From the NCBI GenBank assembly GCA_002269645.1, contig NIVC01000089.1, positions 496,001 to 560,000 on the forward strand: DNA of 64,000 nt, in the 5' to 3' direction. Position numbers and translations under genes: made by a program. This stretch comes from Macrostomum lignano. Its lineage: Eukaryota. Below are positions 11,037 through 23,419 of this stretch, in pieces (the stretch's first letter is position 1; each line of letters starts with the position of its first letter). Under the pieces are notes generated by a model. The model worked only from the letters and a program-made list of their open reading frames with translations. It was not told where the DNA came from and ran no database searches.

Positions 11037-14000
11037 ATGGAATTTCTCGGAAAGATCTACAACACCGTTAGTCAGAATCTGCCTGGCAACCCCATCACAA
11101 GAGAATACGATATTCACAAGCAGACTGGCTCGGCTGGCCCCGGCCTGTTCTGGAAAGTCTTCCTGGCAACTAAAAAGTCCACAAAGCAGGTTGGTTTTGA
11201 ATAATTCTTCTTTCTAAAAATTACACAGGTGCTCTTTAGTCAGCCAAGTTTGATCTACCTTGCTTAACAGGAAGCCTCCGTGTGGATGTTTGACAAGAAG
11301 TCGCTGGAGCGGTTCAGCAAGCGGGATCGGGAGCTCCTACTGGAAACGGTCAAGCGTGGCGTCTCCAATTTGACCCGGCTGCGGCATCCCAAGATTCTGT
11401 CGGTGCGTTTTGGGCGCCGAGGTTCCTGCGGAAACTTATTTACATTCCGTTTTATTTCGAACATAATCATCTGAGTTTCTAAAGTGACCTACCATCCTAA
11501 CCACATGGAACCTTCATTTCATTTCAACATTTCAATTGAAATCTCTCAAGCGACAACCATCACTCTCATTGAAATCCCTGAAGCGGCAATCATCACTCCC
11601 TTTGAAATCCCTGAAGCGGCAATCATCACTCTTGTTGAAATCCCTGAAGCGGCAATCATCACTCCCTTTGAAATCCCTGAAGCAGCAATCATCACTCCTG
11701 TTGAAATCCCTGAAGCGGCAATCATCACTCTTGTTGAAATCCCTGAAGCGGCAATCATCACTCTTGTTGAAATCCCTGAAGCGGCAATCATCACTCTTGT
11801 TGAAATCCCTGAAGCGGCAATCATCACTCCCATTGAAATCCCTGAAGCGGCAATCATCACTCCCATTGAAATCCCTGAAGCAGCAATCATCACTCCCATT
11901 GAAATCCCTGAAGCGGCAATCATCACTCTTGTTGAAATCCCTGAAGCGGCAATCATCACTCCCATTGAAATCCCTGAAGCGGCAATCATCACTCCCATTG
12001 AAATCCCTGAAGCGGCAATCATCACTCCCATTGAAATCCCTGAAGCGGCAATCATCACTCCCATTGAAATCCCTGAAGCGGCAATCATCACTCCCATTGA
12101 AATCCCTGAAGCGGCAATCATCACTCCCATTGAAATCCCTGAAACGGCAATCATCACTCCCATTGAAATCCCTGAAACGGCAATCATCACTCCCTTTGAA
12201 ATCCCTGAAGCGGCAATCATCACGCTGCCCCTCTCCCCGAACCCGCAGGTGGTTGCCTCACTGGAGGAGTCGCGGGAGAGCCTGGCGTTCGCCACCGAGC
12301 CGGCCATTGGCTCTCTGGCAAATCTGCTCGGTTGCCATGACAACCTGACTAGCGAAGCGGCGTCCAGCCTTGGCGGCTTCGAGCTATTCGACGTAGAAAT
12401 CAAATACGGCCTGCTGCAGCTGACTGAGGCGCTGGCGTTTCTGCACCAGTCCGGCAAGCAGCTGCACGGCAACTTCTGCCCTGAGAGCATCGTGGTTAAC
12501 CGGTGCGGCTCCTGGAAGCTGGCCGGCATGGACTTTTGCCAGTCCAACACGGGCAGCGAGCAGTGCCCGATGTTCGCCTGCCACACCTGGGTGGAGTCCC
12601 TGCCGCCGCAGGCCCAGCCTCGGTATGTTTTTTTATTTGAAGCTTGATTTTTCCAATGGTCACAAGCGCGCATTTGATAGAATCGCGCCCAGGGTCACAA
12701 GCGCGCATTTGATAGAATCGCGCCCAGGGTCACAAACGCGCATTTGATAGAACAGGATCACAAACGCCCAGGGTCACAAACGCCCAGGGTCACAAACGCG
12801 CATTTGATAGAATCGCGCTCAGGGTCACAAACGCGCATTTGATAGAATCGCGCCCAGGGTCGCAAGCGCGCATTTGATAGAATCGCGCCCAGGGTCACAA
12901 ACGCGCATTTGATAGAAGAGGATCACAAACGCCCAGGGTCACAAACGCGCATTTGATAGAATCGCGCTCAGGGTCACAAACGCGCATTTGATAGAATCGC
13001 GCCCAGGGTCGCAAGCGCGCATTTGATAGAATCGCGCCCAGGGTCACAAACGCGCATTTGATAGAAGAGGATCACAAACGCCTAGGGTCACAAACGCGCA
13101 TTTGATAGAATCGCGCTCAGGGTCACAAACGCGCATTTGATAGAATCGCGCCCAGGGTCGCAAGCGCGGATTTGATAGAATCGCGCCCAGGGTCACAAAC
13201 GCGCATTTGATAGAATCGCGCCCAGGGTCGCAAGCGCGCATTTGATAGAATCGCGCCCAGGGTCGCAAGCGCGCATTGCATTGGTAGAATTGCTCGCAGT
13301 CGCAAGCGCGCACATAGCCTTTTGATCAAGGCAAGCTTAACATTCAGTCCCATCCATTTATCCCCTGACCTGTTCAGCCTGAACTACCTGGCGCCTGAGG
13401 CGGCTCTCAGCCACGAGTGCACCTCGGCCGCGGACATTTTCTCCCTCGGCCAGCTGTTCTACACCATCTACAACCGGGGCCGGCCGCTCATCGAGTCAGT
13501 GGCAGACCTGTCCGGCTACAAGCGCAGCGTAGCCGCTCTGAAAGGCCTCCGGGTTAGCGCGCTGAGCTGCGTGCCCGAGACAGCGCGCGACGATGTTAAA
13601 CTGGCGCTGAACTGCGACCCGACCGTCCGGCCGGACGCCAGCCAGTTCGGACGGATTGTGTTTTTCGAGGACTCCGGCGTCTCGGCGCTGCAGTTCATGG
13701 ACAACTTGTTCCAGCTGGACAACCTGGCCAAGTCGCAGTTCTACAAGGGCCTGGCCCAGATCTCCGCTAACCTGCCTATGGTGGGTTTGGGTCGCTGATT
13801 TGATTGGCTGGGGGTCATCAAAGTTGTTAGCGCCTAAACTAACTGGCTAGCGGATGATGTTCATTGCATCAGACCATTAATTATTATGGGAAATTCCATG
13901 ATAATGTAGATAGGTCTCGCCCATGATGTACAGCGGCGTGACTTACCTTTTTCGATGTCCTTAGACTTCGAGATCTTAATATTTTTTTTACATTTAAAGT

Positions 14001-17000
14001 ATCACAAACAGTATATCCAAGTGAGTATTGATTTCTAGTTATTGCAGTAGGTATGTTGCCATTGGACTCAACTAAGGGTCGACAATCTCCGGCACGCTCA
14101 AGGTCTCTTCTGGGCTCTCTTGCCTCCTCTTTTTCCTCTCCTCTCATCTCTTTCATATCTCATCTTATCTATCTTCTCATCTCCCATTCTCTCTCCCTCC
14201 TCTATCAGTATCGCATTTTAACAACCCGCAGAGGGTGAACCTGCTTCGAATAATTCCGCAAATATCGGAGGAGTTCGCTAATCCCAACATGATCCCGTTC
14301 GTTCTGCCGACTATCCTGCAAATCTCGGAGTCCGCCTCCGAGGCTGAGTTCAAGGAGCTCATCCTGCCTAAGCTGCTGCCAGTGTTTAAGCTCAGGGAGC
14401 CCGTGCAGGTAAGCGTGAGGCTCGGCTGAAATTATGAAATTATTTTAATAACACCACTATTTTTAATCACTTGGTATAAATGCTTTCTTATCAAACCGAG
14501 AAAACCTATTATGTGCATTCTAGCCCAACCTCCTATGTACATTCTAGCCCAACCTCTTATGTACATTCTAGCCCAACCTTCTCCATACATTCTAGCCCAA
14601 ACTCCTATGTACATTCTAGCGCAACCTCCTATGTACATTCTAGCGCAACCTCCTATGTACATTCTAGCTCAACCTCATATGTACATTCTAGCCCAACCTC
14701 CTATGTACATTCTAGCGCAACCTCCTATGTACATTCTAGCTCAACCTCATATGTACATTCTAGCCCAACCTCCTATGTACATTCTAGCTCAACCTCCTAT
14801 GCACATTCTAGCCCAACCTCATATGTATATTCTAGCCCAACCTTCTATGTACATTCTAGCCCAGCCTCCTATGTACATTCTAGCCCAACCTCCTATGTAC
14901 ATTCTAGCCCATTCTCCTATGTACATTCTAGCCCACCTCTTAAGTACATTCTAGCCCAACCTCCTATTTACATTCTAGCCCAACCTCTTATGTACATTCT
15001 AGCCCAACCTTCTCCGTACATTCTAGCTCAACCTCCTATGTACATTCTAGCCCAACCTCCTATGTACATTCTAGCGCAACCTCCTATGTACATTCTAGCT
15101 CAACCTCATATGTACATTCTAGCCCAACCTCCTATGTACATTCTAGCGCAACCTCCTATGTACATTCTAGCTCAACCTCATATGTACATTCTAGCCCAAC
15201 CTCCTATGTACATTCTAGCTCAACCTCCTATGCACATTCTAGCCCAACCTCATATGTATATTCTAGCCCAACCTTCTATGTACATTCTAGCCCAGCCTCC
15301 TATGTACATTCTAGCCCAACCTCCTATGTACATTCTAGCCCATTCTCCTATGTACATTCTAGCCCACCTCTTAAGTACATTCTAGCCCAACCTCCTATTT
15401 ACATTCTAGCCCAACCTCTTATGTACATTCTAGCCCAACCTTCTCCGTACATTCTAGCCCAACCTCCTATGTACATTCTAGCCCAACCTCCTATGTACAT
15501 TCTAGCCCAACCTCCTATGTACATTCTTGCCCAGCCTCTTAAGTAAACTCTAGCCCAACCTATGTGCATTCTTGCCCAACCTCTTAAGTAAATTCTAGCC
15601 CAACCTATGTACATTCTAGCCCAACCTCCTATGTACATTCTAGCCAAACTTCTTTGTACATTTAAATCAACCTCTTACATATGCATGTACATATAAATAG
15701 ACTTTTGAAGTCCAACAGTAATATACTTTATCAGCTGTTCATCGGAAATGTCAGTCAGTGCATTGTTAATAATGGAGCAGATTTTTTAAATACATAGCAT
15801 TTAATCATTACAAATTAAAAATGAAAACGGATGTGTTAATTTTTACTTAAAATCGGCCCTTTCAGCCATGTCGCGTTGTAAGATATGCTAATTAATTGTT
15901 ACTAAGCCTTGATTAATATTGCTTTATTGTTTCTCTTTTGACAGGATTTTTACATTTTGGGAAGTTACGTTAACTTTGAAAATTACATTTTCATATGTTT
16001 AACTTAAAAATGAAGTTTTCGTTTTCCACATACTACTTACAGTATGCAGCCATGTGTAACTCAGCTTTATCTTGCCTGTTTGTTTACAGATCAGCATGAT
16101 CTGCGTCCAGAACATCAAAATCCTCATCGAGAAATGTCCCACGGATGATACTAAAAATCACATCTTGCCAATACTGTTTCGCTCGTTAGATCAGGACTTT
16201 GTTGAGCTTCAGGTGAGCAAAATAGCTTTTCATAATTTAATCTCATTTCATAGTTTTTTTAGTGATTAGTAAATATTTTTCTATCAATTTGCTGTCCTTG
16301 CTACTTACAAGCTTAAAGTAGTCTGTAACGCGAAGGTCGTTCAGAGCGACTAAAATTATTTTCCATAACAATACTAATGGGATTTTTACACGAATGTGCA
16401 GGAGCTCTGCCTGGAGACTCTGCCCACGGTGGCTCACATGCTGGACTACAATACTGTGAAGAACTCGGTTGTTAGCAAGCTGAAGACCCTTATCACTGGC
16501 CAGTGTTCGCTCAAGGTAATTTGATTTGCTACATCATAAGGAATCGTTTGCCAGACGCGAATTTTTTAACGAATGTATTAACAATCTCCCCAGATCAAGG
16601 TGTCAGCCTTCATGTGCCTGGGCAAGCTGCTGGAGAACATGGACAAGTGGTTCGTGCTAGACGAAGTGCTGCCGATGCTGCAGAAAGTGCAAAGCCGCGA
16701 GCCGGCCATCCTCATGAGCGTGCTGGGCATCTACAAGGTGGCCTTCTCGCATCCCAAGCTCGGCATCACCAAGGACATCCTGGCGTCGCGAGTGCTGCCC
16801 CACCTGGTGCCACTAACCGTTGAGGCGTCGCTTAACCTGACTCAGTTCAGCGCCTACATGTCGCTGGTGCAGGAGATGCTCCGCCAGGTTGAGTCAGAGC
16901 AACGGGCCCGGCTGCAGCAGCTCCACGATCTGCAGCAGGAGCAGAAGACTCTGCAGACTAGGGCCGGCGGGCAGAGTCAGGTGATTTTATGTGACCCTGT

Positions 17001-18612
17001 CAGTGGAATTCAGTGACCCTGTCAGTGGAATTCAGTGACCCTTTTAGTGACACATTCAGTGACCCTTTTAGTGACACATTCAGTGACCCTTTTAGTGACA
17101 CATTCAGTGACCCTGTAAGTGGCATTCAGTGACACTTTAGTGACACATTTAGTGACCCTGTCAGTGGCATTCAGTGACCTTTTTAGTGACACATTCAGTG
17201 ACCCTGTTAGTGGCATTCAGTGACCCTGTCAGTGGCATTCAGTGACCCTGTCAGTGGCATTCAGTGACCCTTTTAGTGACACATTCAGTGACCCTGTTAG
17301 TGGCATTCAGTGACCCTGTCAGTGGCATTCAGTGACCCTGTTAGTAGCATTCAGTGGCCCTGTCGGGCATTCAGTGACGCTGTTAGTGGCATTCAGTGGC
17401 CCTGTCAGGGGCATTCAGTGACCCTTTAGTGACACCTTCAGTGACCCTGTTAGTGGCATTCAGTGACCCTGTCAGGGGCATTCAGTGACCCTGTAAGTGG
17501 CATTCAGTGACCCTGTCAGTGGAATTCAGTGACCCTTTTAGTGACACATTCAGTGACCCTTTTAGTGACACATTCAGTGACCCTTTTAGTGACACATTCA
17601 GTGACCCTTTTAGTGACACATTCAGTGACCCTCTTAGTGACACATTCAGTGACCCTTTTAGTGGCATTCAGTGACCCTGTAAGTGGCATTCCGTGACCCT
17701 GTAAGTGGCATTCAGTGACACTTTAGTGACACATTTAGTGACCTTGTCAGTGGCATTCAGTGACCTTTTTAGTGACACATTCAGTGACCCTGTTAGTGGC
17801 ATTCAGTGACCCTGTCAGTGGCATTCAGTGACCCTTTAGTGACCCTGTCAGTGACATTCAGTGACCCTGTTAGTGACATTCAGTGACCCTGTTAGTGACA
17901 CATTCGGTGACCTCTTAGTGATGCACTCAGTGAACCTCTTAGTGATGCACTCAGTGAACCTGTTAGTGACACTCAGTGACCCTTTCATCTACGCACTCAG
18001 TGACCCTGTTAGCAGGCCAACCGCAATGCCGAAACCCGCTCCGCAGGCCCTGGTGCCGGCCACCGGCTCAGGCCAGCCCAGCATCATGGACTCGTTCATG
18101 TCCGGCCTGGGCCCGATGCAGCAGCAGCGAGCAACTAATGGCAGCAGCGGTGGTGGTGGCGGCGGCAGCGGCCGGTTGGCTCTGCCGTCAAATGTCCCGA
18201 CGACGGCGGCGACTCCGGCGACACCGCTGAGCCTGGAGGACAAGCGTCGGCTGGCTCGCGAGCAGGAGGCGGTGGACACGATGCGGTCCCACGGGCCGCT
18301 GAGGCCGCAGGCCAACCAGCAGCAGCAGCAGATGCGAGCAATCGAAGCGCCAAAGGACCTGACTCGGTCATTAATGGAGCGCAACGCCAACTCGCTGATG
18401 AGCAGCAGCTCCCAGCAGCAGCCGCAGCAGCAGCAGCGGGCAATCGGCTGGCACGGCCAGCAGACCGTGGCGCCGCCTTCCGGTCCAGCAGCCGCTCCTC
18501 CGTCCTTTCACATTGGCGGCGCCACTGCTGGCAATCCGTTTTCTTTCCCGGCACCCCAGCAGCAGCAGCAGCAGCAGCAGTCGCTAAACATGGCTCCCCT
18601 TGACAACCTGTT

Positions 18613-18643
<31 letters not shown>

Positions 18644-18811
18644 TTCGTCGGCGGAGCTGCCAGGCCTTCGCTGAACCAGCTGGCATCGTCGTCGTCGACA
18701 GCGCCGCCGGGCTTTGGCGGCGTCCGGCCTCAGTCAGCAATGATGCAGCAGCAGCAGCAGCCTCCGCCTAAGCCGCTGTCCAATCAGGACTTGGCAGACT
18801 TGCTAGGCTAG
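11037..18811 (+). CDS. SCYL2: SCY1-like pseudokinase 2 (CVAK104), ~875 aa; join(11037-11189,11271-11402,12249-12622,13378-13780,14232-14408,16090-16212,16402-16515,16594-16980,18047-18811)
   Basis: All junctions are GT-AG and phase-consistent. Motifs include GNPITREY, TKKSTKQE, LTRLRHP, LEESRESLAFATEP, YGLLQ, YLAPE, DNLAKSQFYKGL, CLGKLLENMDKWFVLD and C-terminal DLADLLG. The last acceptor (18046) was chosen as the in-phase CAG and is the least certain. Confidence 0.93.
11538..12223. repeat. 33-bp minisatellite (~21 copies), SCYL2 intron 2
   Basis: Unit GAAATCCCTGAAGCGGCAATCATCACTCCCATT. Confidence 0.95.
12657..13310. repeat. 35-bp minisatellite, SCYL2 intron 3
   Basis: Unit CAGGGTCACAAACGCGCATTTGATAGAATCGCGCC, with truncated variants. 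Confidence 0.95.
14508..15655. repeat. 24-bp minisatellite with ~431-bp higher-order duplication, SCYL2 intron 5
   Basis: Unit TATGTACATTCTAGCCCAACCTCC. The variant ATTCTCCTATG...CCCACCTCTTAAG recurs at 14911 and 15342. Confidence 0.95.
16990..18012. repeat. ~22-bp minisatellite (11-bp subunits), SCYL2 intron 8
   Basis: Units CAGTGACCCTGTCAGTGGCATT and CAGTGACCCTTTTAGTGACACATT. Confidence 0.95.
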
Positions 18812-19529
18812 CAACCAACTGTACGAATAAGTATGCGCTAAAGCTGCCGATGTTCTTTTAAATGGGGACCCGTTTTTATTAAACTGCTAATAGGAATCAC
18901 AAGGGGCAAGTTAAGCAGAGTTGACTGCGGTTAGCAGCTACACCTTGATAATCCCCAGTGCCAGTCAGTCAATAATCAGTATCTGTGTTTCCTACTATAT
19001 TCAATATTATTAATTGAGTAAATTATTAATAGCTCGTAAAATCGAAATTAATGATTCGAAATTTTATGGATAATTGTTTTTTTTGCTTTGACTATCGCTC
19101 CAGCCTATATAGAATAATTAATAATCGATATGTTTTTATTGTTTTTTCTGCTTTTCCTTTTTTATCTGTGAACACTATATTTTTAATTGCGCTTTGTTTA
19201 TATTTATTCGGTTTTACGGGATGTAAAAGTAAATTCTAAAAGTGAAATTGCTTTTGTCCTATTTAGTGAGTGCGAGTGAGTGTGTAAAATGGTAAAATTT
19301 AAAAGGGATTTCTGTCAATCTCTGGATACAGCCACTCCACTGGTCAGAGATTTCTGTTTTTACCATAGACAGTGGGCCGTGAAAGCACTAATATGAATAA
19401 ATGTAGGCTGCTCAGGCAGAATCCTGAGTCTCTGCTCCTTTCAGCCCATCAGCGTTGACACAATTTCCCAATAGACCCAATATAATTCCAATTTATCCAA
19501 GAAAACTGACAATTCGTTAATAGATTGAG

Positions 19530-19836
19530 TAATAATAAATTAATAATTGATTGCACCTGTCCTAACGGAGCAGATGTGCAACCGACAGTTCAGCCGCAGC
19601 TATTTGCGCGGCGCATCTGAAGGCTGCGTACGGCTGTTCAATCCAGGGACTGGGGGGTCGCCACACACAGCCTCATTTACCCGAGCTAATGCTGGCGCCC
19701 ATTTTACAGCTGGGTGAACTGAAGCAATGCAGAGTTAAGTGTCTTGCTCAAGGACACAAGTTGTTCCGACTGGATCGGGAATCGAACCCCCGACCTTTTA
19801 GTCACGAGTCCGACGCTCTGGCCACTAGGCTACAAC
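19530..19836 (-). mobile_element. tRNA-derived SINE with CORE-like central domain (family A)
   Basis: On the minus strand: A box TAGCCTAGTGG, B box GGTTCGATTCC, then TGTGTCCTTGAGCAAGACACTTAACTC...CAGCTGTAAAATGGG (resembles the CORE of MIR-type SINEs) and a TAA-rich tail. Confidence 0.85.
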
Positions 19837-21097
19837 AGATGAGCAAAGTATTTTAATCGAATCGCTAGGGTGATGAAGCTTAGTACAAACTATTATATCA
19901 CATGTTTAGTCTGTTATGTCATGTTGTTACCATACTACTCATAGGTTAACAAAATTGTTCGATTAACACTCAAATATGTAGTTTTTTAGCATTATTAATA
20001 GCTATTCTATTTATTTTGTTGTCAAAAGTGCATGTACTTCCGTTTTTAATATAAGCATCAGCTAAATATGAGTCTGATGAAAACTGTGCGCATAATTGAA
20101 TAGAGTTACCATTTATCACACCTGTATTACATGCTAGAGTTTGTTTGCGATTGCACGCCAGATAAATTTTATGAGCTAGCAAAGACATTCCACCCGTGGG
20201 TTCCGCATGGTGCACTGGGCCTGGTACAGCACTTGGTGGTGGAGCTTTATATTTTGAAGGTTTTGCTGCTAAAGATTTGGATAGAGTTAATTATTTGCAT
20301 GTTTTAGCTTGGGATTTGTGCTCTTTGGTCCCTAGTTGTTGTTGAGACTTGCCCTGCATTTTGTGTACCTGTGTTGTGTATCCGCTGTTTCCTTATTAGT
20401 ACATGCGACTGCTTAAAAATATATATACAGAGTATGAGAGCTCGCGTCTGCCTTTCTATCGTACTCATAATTCCTAATTGTGAAATTAATTCGCTTAATT
20501 CGCAGGCTTCGAGTTTTTGTTAATTGATAAGGACGCCACACTCATAAAATCATTGAAAATTTCGCGTCATTTCAATATCGAATTTGGCAATTAAATTGAC
20601 TTCAATTTTGGCAATCCCATAGGCATTACGTTATGTCTATGACCAACTGTGGCAGAATCAGTTAAGGTGTGCATTTAACTTTAGCTAAAGTGAGAACATT
20701 TTGGCAACACGGTCATCTTAGCGGCAAACTTTAACAAATAAGAAAGAGAAGTATAGAGCAGCTCCTGATTCAGTGATCCAAATGTCACTGAAAACCATTT
20801 GTGATCAAATGTCACTTAGAGGTTGAATGCTCGTTTTAACTGATTCTGCATTATAGCCCTCCGGAGCGAAAGTGTTAATATTCACGACCCTTTACCGTGA
20901 AGATCGGCCCCTTTTGTGATGCTCAAATGGCAACTCTAGTGCTTGATGAATAACGAAGCTCGTATATCTTGCTTTGCTTGTTTATTTGGCTTTAGGACTA
21001 CAATATATTAATATAGACTGGCTGTTGAGGACTGAAATGAACTGCAACGCGCCGAGGCTTTTCAGTTCATTTCAGTCCGAACAGCCAGTCCATATTA

Positions 21098-22320
21098 GTG
21101 TTATGGGTAGGCTGAAGCGCGGACGCACAACGCGGTTTCACGTCCACAGAAACTGTCTATGGTTGAAAAAGCTTTAGCTATATGCTTCGTGGCGGTTTCG
21201 CAGTCCGCGGAGACTGTCTATGGTTGAAACCCAATAGAGTTTGAAGCATTCTTCTCCTGGTGGGTGGGAGAGAAAATAAGATTTAAACAGCTTTAAGGTT
21301 CGGAATTAGCCATGTTTCACTGGGAATCAATATTGCTTTTGTCAGCCTAACTGAGAATTTTTAGCCTAGCAAAGTGATAAAAAGCCATCCAATGTGAGAA
21401 TCGATTGGTCTATGCGTCGTATTCTTTTATTTTTATACCTTCTGAGCCATATGACTAGCCAATAGCTTGAACGGAATAACGGAAACAGGAACACACTGGA
21501 TGATGTCTTTTTAAAACTTTGCTTGTCCTTTATAGTCTATGGCTCATAGACTAGGCTGGACGCAGCTAGGCCCTTCGTATTCAGCGTAGGCAGGATTCTC
21601 ACATTAAATGGCTTTTTATCACTTTGCTTATCCTTTATAGTCTATGGCCCATAGACTAAGGCTGCACGCAGCCAGGCCCTTCGCAGTCAGCGTAGGCAGG
21701 ATTCTCACTTTGGATGGCTTTATTCTCAGTTAGGCTGACAAAACCTATACTAGACGAAGATATTAGCGGTTTAGAAATGAATGATATTGAGTTTCTGCAG
21801 CAACTTGGACATCGTGATCCTGGTGAAGAAGTTAGTCAGTGGACCGGTGTGACCGTAAGACAGCAGGAGTTGATTGACGCAGAATTGTCCAATCCAAGCA
21901 TTCTGAATAATGCAGAGCTTCTGCGGGAACTGACGGAAGAAGAGGAAGCTGCTGTGCAAGACGTCGAAGAGGCTGCCAAAGGCAAATCGACCACGGATCA
22001 AACCGCTCTCCATGTGAAGCGCTTCAAAAAATATCTGGTATTGAGATTCAAAAAACTATTGAGGTAACTATTGATGAACTCTCCAGCCACATATCATTTT
22101 GAGCTTCCAAGCGTTATTTACTGAATTATTTCGTTTACTTCGTGTTTCATTCCTGTTGTGTTTGGTCTTGTGTTTGTTGGCAGTGAAATATACAGTGGCT
22201 TTAAGTGATGAATTGAATATAATTGAAATATGCTTCAACCATAGACAGTGACGGCGGACAAATGTAGAGCGTTTCAATCGCGTTTCAACCCAGGCAGCCT
22301 ACCCATAATTAGTGATAGCG
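21098..22320 (+). mobile_element. Non-autonomous element with long imperfect TIRs and a Crypton-like N-terminal ORF fragment (21714-22067)
   Basis: Inverted TTATGGGTAGGCTG...ACTGTCTATGGTTGAA at both ends. ORF segment ELTEEEEAAVQDVEEAAKGKSTTDQTALHVKRFKKYL resembles the Crypton/KCTD1-type N-terminal helix. Confidence 0.6.
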
Positions 22321-22398
22321 GGGCTTGTAACAAGATAATAAAGCTAGGACACTTATATATTAGGAGGGATGAGGGAGGCGGCATTTGGGCGCAGCAGC

Positions 22399-23413
22399 CA
22401 TAGACTAATGCACGAGCGTATGTCATGTCTCCCTCCAGAAGGAAAGAGTTTAACTGTCTCCGAACAATGTAAACTTTATGTTAGGAACTCAACAGATTAC
22501 TTGATAACTATTTCATTTTGGTCACTCGTAATGTGTAGCTAATGCATTTGGGCGCAGCGGCCATAGACTAATGCACGAGCGTATGTCATGTCTCCCTCCA
22601 GAAGGAAAGAGTTTAACTATGTCTCCGAACAATGTAAACTTTATGTTAGGAACTCAACAGATTACTTGATAACTATTTCATTTTGGTCACTCGTAATGTG
22701 TAGCTAATGCATTTGGGCGCAGCGGCCATAGACTAATGCACGAGCGTATGTCATGTCTCCCTCCAGAAGGAAAGAGTTTAACTATGTCTCCGAACAATGT
22801 AAACTTTATGTTAGGAACTCAACAGATTACTTGATAACTATTTCATTTTGGTCACTCGTAATGTGTAGCTAATGCATTTGGGCGCAGCGGCCATAGACTA
22901 ATGCACGAGCGTATGTCATGTCTCCCTCCAGAAGGAAAGAGTTTAACTATGTCTCCGAACAATGTAAACTTTATGTTAGGAACTCAACAGATTACTTGAT
23001 AACTATTTCATTTTGGTCACTCGTAATGTGTAGCTAATGCATTTGGGCGCAGCGGCCATAGACTAATGCACGAGCGTATGTCATGTCTCCCTCCAGAAGG
23101 AAAGAGTTTAACTATGTCTCCGAACAATGTAAACTTTATGTTAGGAACTCAACAGATTACTTGATAACTATTTCATTTTGGTCACTCGTAATGTGTAGCT
23201 AATGCATTTGGGCGCAGCGGCCATAGACTAATGCACGAGCGTATGTCATGTCTCCCTCCAGAAGGAAAGAGTTTAACTATGTCTCCGAAAAATGTAAACT
23301 TTATGTTAGGAACTCAACAGATTACTTGATAACTATTTCATTTTGGTCACTCGTAATGTGTAGCTAATGCATTTGGGCGCAGCGGCCATAGACTAATGCA
23401 CGAGCGTATGTCA
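22399..23413. repeat. 165-bp satellite, 6 units plus a partial (repeated at ~25153-26167 and ~27906-28920)
   Basis: CATAGACTAATGCACGAG starts at 22399, 22562, 22727, 22892, 23057, 23222 and 23387. Confidence 0.97.
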
Positions 23414-23419
23414 CCTTTC

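Noticed and set aside
11536-15647. Long ORFs across intronic arrays (11536-12348, 11546-12673, 14480-15385, etc.)
   Set aside because: They are translations of stop-free minisatellites inside well-defined introns
17861-18046. ORF-track start of the SCYL2 last exon and AG acceptors at 18000, 18012 and 18015
   Set aside because: They are in the repeat or out of phase with the exon-8 donor; CAG at 18046 is in phase
22399-23413. 165-bp and other arrays as CRISPR
   Set aside because: Units are wholly repeated with no unique spacers, there are no cas genes, and the context is eukaryotic
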